64,000 nucleotides of DNA. It comes from an uncultured Actinomycetes bacterium (GTDB lineage Bacteria > Actinomycetota > Thermoleophilia > Solirubrobacterales > 70-9). Location of the stretch: NCBI GenBank assembly GCA_963839115.1, contig CAWITM010000001.1, forward strand, positions 1,062,196 through 1,126,195. Reading direction: 5' to 3'. Position 1 is the first letter of the stretch. Each line of letters opens with the position of its first letter. This document shows positions 26,692 to 34,576 of this stretch, one piece after another. The position numbers and the translations under genes were made by a program. Under the pieces are notes generated by a model that saw nothing but the letters and a program-made list of their open reading frames with translations, was not told the DNA's origin and did not search any database.

Positions 26692-28214
26692 TGAGCGAGC
26701 TGCTCGACCTGACCGTCGCCGAGGCGGCGGCGAAGATCGCCGCGTCGGAGATCTCGGCGGAGGAGTACGAGACGACCTGGCGCGGCGCCGCCCGCCGCGA
26801 CGAGCTGAACGCCTACCTCTGGACCGGGGGCGACGAGGCGCCCGGCACGCCGCTGGCCGCCGCTGTGCGCCCCGGCTCTGACGCCGCCGCGCCCGCCAAG
26901 TCGGGTCCGCTCGCCGGCATCCCGGTCGCCGTCAAGGACATCTTCTGCGTCGAGGGCACGCCGACCACGGCCGGCTCGCGGATCCTCGCGGGCTACCTGC
27001 CGCCCTACACCGCCGCCGCCGTGCGCCGGCTCGCCGCCGCCGGGGCCGGTGTCCTCGGCAAGACCAACATGGACGAGTTCGCGATGGGGTCTTCGAACGA
27101 GAACTCGGCCTACGGCGCCGTCCTCAACCCCTGGGACCGCGGCCGCGTGCCCGGCGGCTCCTCGGGCGGCTCGGCGGCGGCGGTCGCCGGCGGCCTGGCG
27201 CCCTGCGCGATCGGCACCGACACCGGCGGCTCGATCCGCCAACCCGCCTCGCTCTGCGGGATCGTCGGGCTCAAGCCGACCTACGGGGCGATTTCGCGCT
27301 ACGGGATGATCGCCTTCGCCTCCTCGCTGGACCAGTGTGGCCCGCTGACCCGCGACGTCACCGATGCGGCGCTGCTGCTGGGCGCGATGGAGGGCCGGGA
27401 CCCCTGCGACTCGACCTCGGTCGGGATCGAGGGCGGCATCGTCGCGCCGAGCCGCGAGGATCTCTCCGGCCTGCGCTTCGGGGTTCCGGCGGACCTCGCC
27501 GGCGCCAAGTTCGACCCCGGCGTGCGCGCCGTCTTCGAGGCGACGCTGGCGCGGATCGAGGAGCTCGGCGGCGAGATCGCCGAGATCGCCCTGCCGAGCG
27601 CCGAGCACGGCATCTCCGCCTATTACGTGATCGCGCCCGCCGAGGCGTCCTCGAACCTGGCCCGCTACGACGGCGTCCGCTACGGGATGCGCGCCGGCGG
27701 CGACGGCGATCTGGTCGAGATGTATGAGACGACGCGGGCGGAGGGCTTCGGCACCGAGGTCAAGCGGCGGATCATGCTCGGCACCTACGCGCTCTCCTCG
27801 GGCTACTACGACGCCTACTACGGCCAGGCGCAGAAGGTGCGGACGCGGATCGCGCAGGACTTCTACACCGCCTTCGCCGCCGTCGACTTCGTCGTCACGC
27901 CGACCGCGCCCGAGGTCGCCTTCGGCCTCGGCGAGAAGACCGCCGACCCGCTGGCGATGTATCTCAACGACTACTTCACGGTGCCGATGAGCCTGGCCGG
28001 GATCCCGGCGATCTCGATCCCCGCCGGTCTCGCGTCGCCGGCCGGAGGCGGCGCCGAGCTGCCGGTGGGCTTCCAGATCGCGGCGCCGGCGTTCGCCGAG
28101 CAGGGGCTGCTCGAGGCGGCGTTCGCGCTCGAGGGCGCGATCGGCTTCAACGACGCCGAGGCCGAGCGGATCCCCTGGCGCGCCGCGGCGCGGGTGGGAG
28201 GCGGCGATGCCTGA
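26688..28214 (+). CDS. gatA: Glutamyl/aspartyl-tRNA amidotransferase subunit A
   Basis: Amidase signature [12 protein letters not shown]. The start (GTG 26688 or ATG 26691) overlaps the gatC stop. Confidence 0.96.
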   Translation: MMSELLDLTVAEAAAKIAASEISAEEYETTWRGAARRDELNAYLWTGGDEAPGTPLAAAVRPGSDAAAPAKSGPLAGIPVAVKDIFCVEGTPTTAGSRILAGYLPPYTAAAVRRLAAAGAGVLGKTNMDEFAMGSSNENSAYGAVLNPWDRGRVPGGSSGGSAAAVAGGLAPCAIGTDTGGSIRQPASLCGIVGLKPTYGAISRYGMIAFASSLDQCGPLTRDVTDAALLLGAMEGRDPCDSTSVGIEGGIVAPSREDLSGLRFGVPADLAGAKFDPGVRAVFEATLARIEELGGEIAEIALPSAEHGISAYYVIAPAEASSNLARYDGVRYGMRAGGDGDLVEMYETTRAEGFGTEVKRRIMLGTYALSSGYYDAYYGQAQKVRTRIAQDFYTAFAAVDFVVTPTAPEVAFGLGEKTADPLAMYLNDYFTVPMSLAGIPAISIPAGLASPAGGGAELPVGFQIAAPAFAEQGLLEAAFALEGAIGFNDAEAERIPWRAAARVGGGDA

Positions 28215-29688
28215 GGCCGCGCAAGAGCTCGAAGCCGTCATCGGCCTCGAGATCCACGTCCAGCTGTCGACGCGGACGAAGATGTTCTGCGGCTGCGAGC
28301 CGTCCTTCGGCGACGAGCCCAACGTCCACACCTGCCCGGTCTGCCTGGCCCATCCCGGGGTCCTTCCGGTGGCCAACGAAGAGGCGATCCTCTACGGGGT
28401 GAAAATCGGCCTCGCCCTCGAGTGCGAGATCGCCCCGCGCTCGATCTTTCACCGCAAGAACTACTTCTATCCCGACAGCCCGAAGGCTTACCAGATCAGC
28501 CAGTACGACATTCCGCTGGCCAGCAACGGCCGCCTCGGCGACATCCGCATCCACCGCGCCCACCTCGAGGAGGACGCGGCGAAGACGATCCACCAGGGCG
28601 AGTCGGGCCGCATCCACGGCTCCGAGCACTCGCTGGTCGACTTCAACCGCGGTGGCACGCCGCTGGTCGAGATCGTCACCGAGCCCGACCTCCGCGACGC
28701 CGCCGAAGCCGCCGAGTGGGCGCGCCTGCTGCGCGAGACGGTCCGCCAGCTCGGCGTCTCCGACGTCAACATGGAGGAGGGGAGCCTGCGCGTCGACGCC
28801 AACGTCTCGGTGCGTCCGGCCGGGACCGAGACGCTCGGCACCAAGACCGAGCTGAAGAACATGAACAGCTTCCGCTTTCTCCAGCGCGGCATCGAAGCCG
28901 AGCTGGCGCGCCAGCGCGAGCTGATCGCGGCGGGGGGGACGGTCGAGCAGGAGACGCTCCACTTCGACCCCTCGACCGGCGAGCTGACCTCGCTGCGCTC
29001 GAAGGAGGAAGCTCACGACTACCGCTACTTCCCCGAGCCCGACCTGGTGCCGCTGGCGCCGACCGAGGCGATGCTGAGCGCCGCCCGCGACTCGCTGCCG
29101 GAGCTGCCGGCGGCGCGCCAGGCGCGCTACGAAGACGACCTCGGGCTGGAACGCGATCCGGCGCGTCTGCTGGCCGGCGAGCCGGCGATGGCGGGCTACT
29201 TCGAGGCGGTCGCCGTCGCGGCGGGCGCCGAGCCGGGGGAGGGCGAGGGCAGGGTGGCGCCGCGGGTCGTCGCCAACTGGGTGACCGGCGACCTGGTCGC
29301 GACCCTGCGCGGGGCCGGCAGGTCCGAGGAGGACTTCGCCGCGCCGACCGTGCCCGCCGAGGCGTTCGCCGAGCTGATCGTGATGGCCGCGAAGCGCGAG
29401 ATCTCCCACGCCAGCGCTCGCAAGGTGCTGGGCGTCCTCGTCGCCGAGGGTGGGGAGCCGCGCGCGATCGTCGAGCGCGAGGGCCTCGGCCAGATGGAGA
29501 GCGACGGCGGCGAGCTCGAGGCGATCGTCGCCAAGGCGATCGAGGCTGACCCCGCGGCCGCCGAGCAGATCCGCGCCGGCAACGGCAAGGCGATCGGCGC
29601 GATCGTCGGCGCCGTCATGCGCGAGACCAAGGGCCGCGCCGACGGCGGCGAGGTCAACCGCCTGATCCGCGCCAACCTCGGCCTCTAG
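28207..29688 (+). CDS. gatB: Glutamyl/aspartyl-tRNA amidotransferase subunit B
   Basis: 493 aa. VIGLEIHVQL...KMFCGC... N-terminus typical of GatB. Overlaps the gatA end by 8 nt. Confidence 0.96.
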   Translation: MPEAAQELEAVIGLEIHVQLSTRTKMFCGCEPSFGDEPNVHTCPVCLAHPGVLPVANEEAILYGVKIGLALECEIAPRSIFHRKNYFYPDSPKAYQISQYDIPLASNGRLGDIRIHRAHLEEDAAKTIHQGESGRIHGSEHSLVDFNRGGTPLVEIVTEPDLRDAAEAAEWARLLRETVRQLGVSDVNMEEGSLRVDANVSVRPAGTETLGTKTELKNMNSFRFLQRGIEAELARQRELIAAGGTVEQETLHFDPSTGELTSLRSKEEAHDYRYFPEPDLVPLAPTEAMLSAARDSLPELPAARQARYEDDLGLERDPARLLAGEPAMAGYFEAVAVAAGAEPGEGEGRVAPRVVANWVTGDLVATLRGAGRSEEDFAAPTVPAEAFAELIVMAAKREISHASARKVLGVLVAEGGEPRAIVEREGLGQMESDGGELEAIVAKAIEADPAAAEQIRAGNGKAIGAIVGAVMRETKGRADGGEVNRLIRANLGL

Positions 29689-29760
29689 GCCACCCGCCCG
29701 GCGGTCCAGCCCAAGCCCAGCCCACGCCCCAGCCCCGGCCAGCCGCCCAGCTCGGCACCG

Positions 29761-29806
29761 GAGCGTTCGCAGTTATCCGTCCATACGACGGTTTTCTGCG
29801 AACGCC
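29761..29806 (+). repeat. REP-like palindromic element, copy B
   Basis: gagcgttcgcagttatccgtccatacgacggttttctgcgaacgcc. 10-bp stem, with an inner ccgtc/gacgg mini-stem in the loop. Confidence 0.75.
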
Positions 29807-29830
29807 GACCAATGCCCCGCGGCCCCGTGG

Positions 29831-29877
29831 GAGCGTTCGCAGTTATCCGTCTCCACGGCGGAATTTTGCGAACGCTC
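29831..29877 (+). repeat. REP-like palindromic element, copy C
   Basis: gagcgttcgcagttatccgtctccacggcggaattttgcgaacgctc. 11-12-bp stem, 70 nt downstream of copy B in the same orientation. Confidence 0.75.
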
Positions 29878-29932
29878 GGGGAGAGTGACGGGTCCGGTCG
29901 GGACGGGTCCGGTCGGGGGCGTGGACGGGGCG

Positions 29933-30832
29933 TCAGCCGTCGCGCGGCGCTGGGGTGGCGGCTGAGCGCAGGGCGCCGGCGCTGGCGATGACGACGAGGG
30001 CGATCGCGACGATTTCGGCCGCGGTAAGGGCCTGGGAGAGGGCGATGAAGCCGACCAGCGCCGCGGCGGCCGGCTCGAGGCTCATGAGGACGCCGAAGAC
30101 GGCGTTGGGCAGCCGGCGCAGGGCCTCGAGCTCGAGGGCGTAGGGGATCGCCGAGCTCAGCAGCCCGACGCCGAGGCCGGCGGCGAGGACGGCCGGCACG
30201 ATCAGCTCGCTGCCGCCCTGGGCGACGCCGACGGGGACCAGGAGCAGGGCCGCGATCGACATCGCGATGGCGAGACCGCCGAGCCCCGGTGAGCGCCCGC
30301 CGACCCGCGCGCTGAGCAGGATGTAGATGCCCCAGAAGGCACCGGCCAGCAGCGCCAGCAGCGCCCCGCCGAGGTCGATCGCGGTGCCGCCGAAGCCGCC
30401 CGACAGGAGGACGATGCCGAGCGCCGCCAGTCCCGCCCAGATCAGATCGGTGCGGCGGCGCGAGCCGAACACCGCCACCGCCAGCGGCCCGCAGAACTCG
30501 AGGGTGACGGCGACGCCGAGCGGCAGCCGGTCGATCGCCGCGTAGAAGCTGAAGTTCATGCCGGCCAGGGCGATGGCGAAGAGGGCGATGTCCCGCATCG
30601 CCTCGCGGCGCAGCGGGCGCAGGTCGCGGTGGGCGACGGCAAGCAGGATGAGCGCCGCGAACCCCGAGCGCAGCAGCACCGCGCCGCCCGGTCCGACCCG
30701 GCCGAACAGCGTCGTCGCCAGCGCCGCTCCCCACTGCACCGAGGCGATCGAGCCGACCAGCATCGCCACCGCCGGCGCCGGGGCGCCGCGAATTCCAGCG
30801 GCGTTTTCGCGTCCGGCCTCCATCGCCGCCAC
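29933..30832 (-). CDS. EamA/DMT-family transporter
   Basis: 299 aa with about 10 TM helices and the two-fold EamA repeat architecture. Confidence 0.85.
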   Translation of the reverse strand: MAAMEAGRENAAGIRGAPAPAVAMLVGSIASVQWGAALATTLFGRVGPGGAVLLRSGFAALILLAVAHRDLRPLRREAMRDIALFAIALAGMNFSFYAAIDRLPLGVAVTLEFCGPLAVAVFGSRRRTDLIWAGLAALGIVLLSGGFGGTAIDLGGALLALLAGAFWGIYILLSARVGGRSPGLGGLAIAMSIAALLLVPVGVAQGGSELIVPAVLAAGLGVGLLSSAIPYALELEALRRLPNAVFGVLMSLEPAAAALVGFIALSQALTAAEIVAIALVVIASAGALRSAATPAPRDG

Positions 30833-30899
30833 GCTACTCGGGGCTCGGCTCGGCGCTCTTGGCGACGGCCCGGGGCTCTCGGCGACGGCCCGGCGCCGC

Positions 30900-31172
30900 T
30901 CAGTCCTCCTCGGCGAGCTGGCCGCCGCCCTGGATCGTCATCAGCTGGACCATCTTCGCCTCCTCGAGCAGGCCGATGCTGACGTGGGGATGGGCGTTGG
31001 AGCGGACCCGCAGGTTGCGCGCCTGCTGGCCCTCGCCGTCGTCGGGGCCGACCACTTCGACGATCGTGATGATGCCGCCGATCGCCGAACCGTCGCGGAC
31101 GTTGGGGTCCTGCTCGATCGCCGCCATCTGCTCCTGCATGTGCTGGCCGAGGGGAGTCTGGTCGATTGGCAC
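30900..31172 (-). CDS. Hypothetical 90-aa cytoplasmic protein
   Basis: GTG start preceded by aaaggaa. Good codon bias. Family not recognised. Confidence 0.55.
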   Translation of the reverse strand: MPIDQTPLGQHMQEQMAAIEQDPNVRDGSAIGGIITIVEVVGPDDGEGQQARNLRVRSNAHPHVSIGLLEEAKMVQLMTIQGGGQLAEED

Positions 31173-31204
31173 TGGGTTCCTTTCCGTAAGTGACCGATGG
31201 TACT

Positions 31205-31223
31205 TTGTAACAAGCTGTTACAA
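31205..31223. promoter_or_regulatory. Perfect palindrome TTGTAACA-agc-TGTTACAA between two divergent -10-like boxes (candidate operator)
   Basis: Flanked by TACCAT (minus strand, plus coordinates 31197-31202) and TAGGTT (31229-31234). Very AT-rich for this genome. Confidence 0.5.
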
Positions 31224-31240
31224 GGTGCTAGGTTCGGGGC

Positions 31241-32512
31241 ATGGCATGGAACGTAGTCATCGCGGGCGGCGGATTCGGCGGGATGTCGGCGGCGCGCGAG
31301 CTGGAGCGCACGATGCCCAAGCAATCGGCGCGCCTGCAGCTCATCAACGAGACCAACTTCATGCTCTACACGCCGTTCCTGCCTGAGGCGGCGGCCGGGA
31401 CGCTGGAGCCGCGCCACGTGGTGACGCCGCTGCGCGACATCCTCAAACGCACCTACCTGCGGCTCGGCTCGATCACCGGCCACGATCCCGAGGCCAGGAC
31501 GGTGACGGTCGACGGCCAGGGCGGCGGCTCGGAGGTGCTCGACTACGACCAGCTGCTGCTGGCGCTGGGGTCGGTATCGCGGACGCTGCCGATACCGGGC
31601 CTGGCCGAGCACGCGATCGGCTTCAAGGGCCTGGCCGACGCGATCTGGCTTCGCAACCAGGTCGTCGACGCGCTCGAGCGGGCCAACGCCAGCGAAGACC
31701 CGGCCCGCCGCGACCAGCTCCTCACCTTCGTCTTCGTCGGCGGTGGCTACGCCGGCCTCGAGGCGCTGGCCGAGCTCCAGGACTTCGCCGCCGACGCGAT
31801 GGAGAGCTACCCGCGCGCCCGCCTGCACGGCATGCGCTGGATGCTGGTCGAGGCCGCCGACCGGGTGCTGCCGGAGATCGACAGCCAGCTCGCCGACTAC
31901 GCCCTGCGCGAGCTGCGCGGCCGCGGCATCGACATCCGCCTCTCGACCCAGCTCCAGGAGGTCGGCGCCGACTTCGCCCGCCTCTCGACCGGCGAGGTTC
32001 TGCCGACCCGGACCGTCGTCTGGACCGCCGGCGTCGCCGCCGCGCCGGTCCTCAAACAGCTGAACCTGCCGCTCGACGAGCGCGGTCGCGTCCCCGTCGA
32101 CTCCTACCTGAAGGTCAAGGAGATGGACGGCGTCTGGGCGATCGGCGACTGCGCCGCCGCCCCCGACCCGCGCGGGGGCGTCTGCCCACCGACCGCCCAG
32201 CACGCCGTCCGCCAGGGCCCGATCGCCGCCCGCAACATCGCCGCCGAGCTCGGTATCGGCACCCCGGCGCCGTTCGAATACCGCTCCGAGGCCTCGTTCG
32301 TCAACCTCGGCCGCTACAAGGCGGTCGGCCGGGTCGGAGACCACACGTTCCGCGGCTTCCCCGCCTGGTGGATGGCCCGCAGCTACCACATGTCACAGAT
32401 CCCGACCGTCTCTCGCAAGGCCCGCGCTGTCCTCGACTGGACCGCCAGCCTGCCCTTCAAGCGCGACATCTCCGAGCTCGGGACGATCGGGCACCCCAAA
32501 CGCCTCGGCTGA
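31241..32512 (+). CDS. ndh: Type II NADH dehydrogenase (NDH-2)
   Basis: 423 aa. VVIAGGGFGGMSAA and a second dinucleotide-binding motif FVFVGGGYAGLE. Ndh-like throughout. Confidence 0.93.
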   Translation: MAWNVVIAGGGFGGMSAARELERTMPKQSARLQLINETNFMLYTPFLPEAAAGTLEPRHVVTPLRDILKRTYLRLGSITGHDPEARTVTVDGQGGGSEVLDYDQLLLALGSVSRTLPIPGLAEHAIGFKGLADAIWLRNQVVDALERANASEDPARRDQLLTFVFVGGGYAGLEALAELQDFAADAMESYPRARLHGMRWMLVEAADRVLPEIDSQLADYALRELRGRGIDIRLSTQLQEVGADFARLSTGEVLPTRTVVWTAGVAAAPVLKQLNLPLDERGRVPVDSYLKVKEMDGVWAIGDCAAAPDPRGGVCPPTAQHAVRQGPIAARNIAAELGIGTPAPFEYRSEASFVNLGRYKAVGRVGDHTFRGFPAWWMARSYHMSQIPTVSRKARAVLDWTASLPFKRDISELGTIGHPKRLG

Positions 32513-32533
32513 GGCGCGGCGTCGCGGCGGCGT

Positions 32534-33133
32534 CTATTCGACGACGGTGAATTCCGTTTCCATGCCTTCCATCCAGTGTTCCTGGATGGTGCAGTAGAAG
32601 CGGTAGGTCCCAGCCGGGAGGTCGAACTGCTGGGTCGGACGTCCGCCCGGTTCGGTTTTGGCGATTTTCATCACCGGTCCGACCCCGGCGCCGTTTTCCT
32701 GGCGCTGGATGTTGAGGTTGTGGGGGTCTTCGCCTTCGTTGTTCAGCTGGATCTCGATCTCGCCGGCCTTCGCCGACGGCTTCGAGAGCGTGTATTTCTT
32801 TTCGCCGCCACGGTCGTCGGCGGTGACACTGACCGCGTTGGCTTCGGTTTCGACTTCCGGTGGGCTCGGTGGGGTCGAGACCGGCGGTGAGGTGGGCGGC
32901 GGCGTGATCGGCGGGACGACAGGTGCCGGCGTCGCTTCGGGCGCCGCCGCCACGGGGTTGCAGGTCCAGTAGTGCTTGATCCGCACGACCTTCGTCACCC
33001 TGCCGTGACGTTTGACGTGGGTGACGACACGTTTGGCGTGCCGCTGCCAGGCGCAGGCGGTGTCCGTGGCCGCGGCGCTGCCGGCGAGCGAGGCGACGAG
33101 GAGGGCGAAGGCGAAGAGGAGCGACAGTCCCAT
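32534..33133 (-). CDS. Secreted cupredoxin (type-1 copper) domain protein
   Basis: ATG 33133 (MGLSLLFAFALLVASLAGSAAA signal peptide), a Pro-rich linker, then a cupredoxin domain with ligand pattern H(DPHNL)...YC-x4-H-x4-M (YCTIQEHWMEGM). The start could instead be GTG 33208, which overlaps the DUF1501 stop. Confidence 0.8.
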   Translation of the reverse strand: MGLSLLFAFALLVASLAGSAAATDTACAWQRHAKRVVTHVKRHGRVTKVVRIKHYWTCNPVAAAPEATPAPVVPPITPPPTSPPVSTPPSPPEVETEANAVSVTADDRGGEKKYTLSKPSAKAGEIEIQLNNEGEDPHNLNIQRQENGAGVGPVMKIAKTEPGGRPTQQFDLPAGTYRFYCTIQEHWMEGMETEFTVVE

Positions 33134-33204
33134 GGCCGCGCCGCCCCGACGGCGAGCGCCGCCCACGGTCGTCAAGCCCCGACGGCGAGCGCCGCCGCCC
33201 ACCG

Positions 33205-34560
33205 TCACGCCTTCACCAGCGTCGGCAGCGAGAAGCCCGACGCGCCGGGAATGATCCGGGCCGCGTCGAAGCCCAGCCACTGCTCCAGCAGAGCGCAGTA
33301 CATCGCCCGGAAGTCGCTGGTCACGCGCAGGTTTTCGTTGCCGTCGAGGTTGGTCAGCCCGGGGTATTCGCCGACCATTTCGCCCTTCGCTTTGGAGCCG
33401 ACGACGAAGGCGCAGCCGGCGGCGCCATGGTCGGTCCCCTGGGAGCCGTTTTCCTGCGGCCGGCGGCCGAACTCGCTCCACATCTCGACCATCACCTGGT
33501 CGTCGAGCCCGCGGGCTTCGAGGTCGCGCTGGAAGGCGAGCACGCCTTCGCAGGTTTCGCGCAGGTTGTGTTCGAGGTCTTCGGCCTGGCCGGAGTGGGT
33601 GTCGTAACCGCCGGCGGCGCGGATCGTCACGACCCGCATCGGCAGCCCAAGCTGCAGGTAGTTGGCGAGGCCGGCGAGCTTGTGGCCGAATTCGGATTTG
33701 GGATAGGGGACCGGGCTGGTCACCGCGCCGACGCCGTTCAGTTCGGTCCGCAGCTTCTCGGTCATCGAGGCGGCCTGGCGCACCTGGACCAGCGCCGAGG
33801 AGTCCGACGGCAGGGTGCCGAAGCGGGCGAAGCTCCGGTGCATCTCGGCGCTGATCGGTTCGCCGACCGCCGACCACATGTCGTAGCCGTCGACCCCGTC
33901 GATCGCCGCCACCGGCTTCTGCGCGGTCGCGATCATCGGCGAGAGCGTGCCGTCCATCGATAGTCCCTGCAGCGGGTTTTCTTCGTCGCCGACTTCGTCG
34001 ATGTAGCGACCCAGCCAGCCGGTGTGGTAGCCGACGTCGAGCTCGCCGATCTCGTAGTAGTGGCGCGAGGTGAAGTGCGACTGGTCGGGGTGTTCGTAGC
34101 CGATCGCCGGGAAGGCCGAGACCTTGCCTTCGTCGTGGAGGGTCGCGAGCCCGGCGGCGGCCGGGTGCCACTGCAGGGTCGGGTCCTCGGTGAAGATCGG
34201 GCCGGCGCCCGGCGCCTCCTTGAGGTTCGGCCGCAGCTGCGCGTAGCGCGGGTCGCCGACCGGGGCCAGCACGCTGAGCGCGTCGATCCCGCCTTCGAAG
34301 AAGATCGAGACCAGCACTTTGTTGCCGGTCGGCGCCGCCTGGGCGATGCCGCGCTCGAAGGCCGAGAGCGGGATCTTCGAGGCGCCGTAGACCGCCAGTG
34401 CCAGGCCGGCACTCCGCGAGATGAACCGGCGCCGCGACAGCCCGGTCCCGGCCGGCTCCGGCATCCCCGGCTCGATCGCCGGCAGGCCGCGGCCGGCTTC
34501 GGCGGCGGCGCCGCGCAGCATCTGGGCGCGGGTGAAGTCCCGGCAGCACTCGTGGCTCAT
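33205..34560 (-). CDS. DUF1501 family protein (sulfatase/phosphatase-like fold) with Tat signal
   Basis: 451 aa. Twin-arginine motif SRRRFISRSAGLALA. Conserved DUF1501 C-terminal GTDHG. Paired with DUF1800 as usual. Confidence 0.88.
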   Translation of the reverse strand: MSHECCRDFTRAQMLRGAAAEAGRGLPAIEPGMPEPAGTGLSRRRFISRSAGLALAVYGASKIPLSAFERGIAQAAPTGNKVLVSIFFEGGIDALSVLAPVGDPRYAQLRPNLKEAPGAGPIFTEDPTLQWHPAAAGLATLHDEGKVSAFPAIGYEHPDQSHFTSRHYYEIGELDVGYHTGWLGRYIDEVGDEENPLQGLSMDGTLSPMIATAQKPVAAIDGVDGYDMWSAVGEPISAEMHRSFARFGTLPSDSSALVQVRQAASMTEKLRTELNGVGAVTSPVPYPKSEFGHKLAGLANYLQLGLPMRVVTIRAAGGYDTHSGQAEDLEHNLRETCEGVLAFQRDLEARGLDDQVMVEMWSEFGRRPQENGSQGTDHGAAGCAFVVGSKAKGEMVGEYPGLTNLDGNENLRVTSDFRAMYCALLEQWLGFDAARIIPGASGFSLPTLVKA

Positions 34561-34576
34561 CGCGTCGCTCGCTCTC

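Noticed and set aside
26091-28376. 761-aa minus-strand ORF, plus 28147..29409 (minus strand) and 28422..29549 (plus strand)
   Set aside because: Antisense or out of frame to gatCAB. Artefacts of GC-rich codon structure.
29689-29932. Possible CRISPR array, because of closely spaced repeated palindromes (copies B and C) and short direct repeats
   Set aside because: There are only two copies here and one 20 kb away. The repeats are hairpins with variable loops rather than repeat-spacer units. No cas genes and no regular spacing.
32534-34549. 671-aa minus-strand ORF read as one protein
   Set aside because: Only its last 199 codons (from ATG 33133, or at most from GTG 33208) form the cupredoxin gene. 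The upstream part is an alternate frame of the DUF1501 gene (33205..34560), which has the genuine family features.
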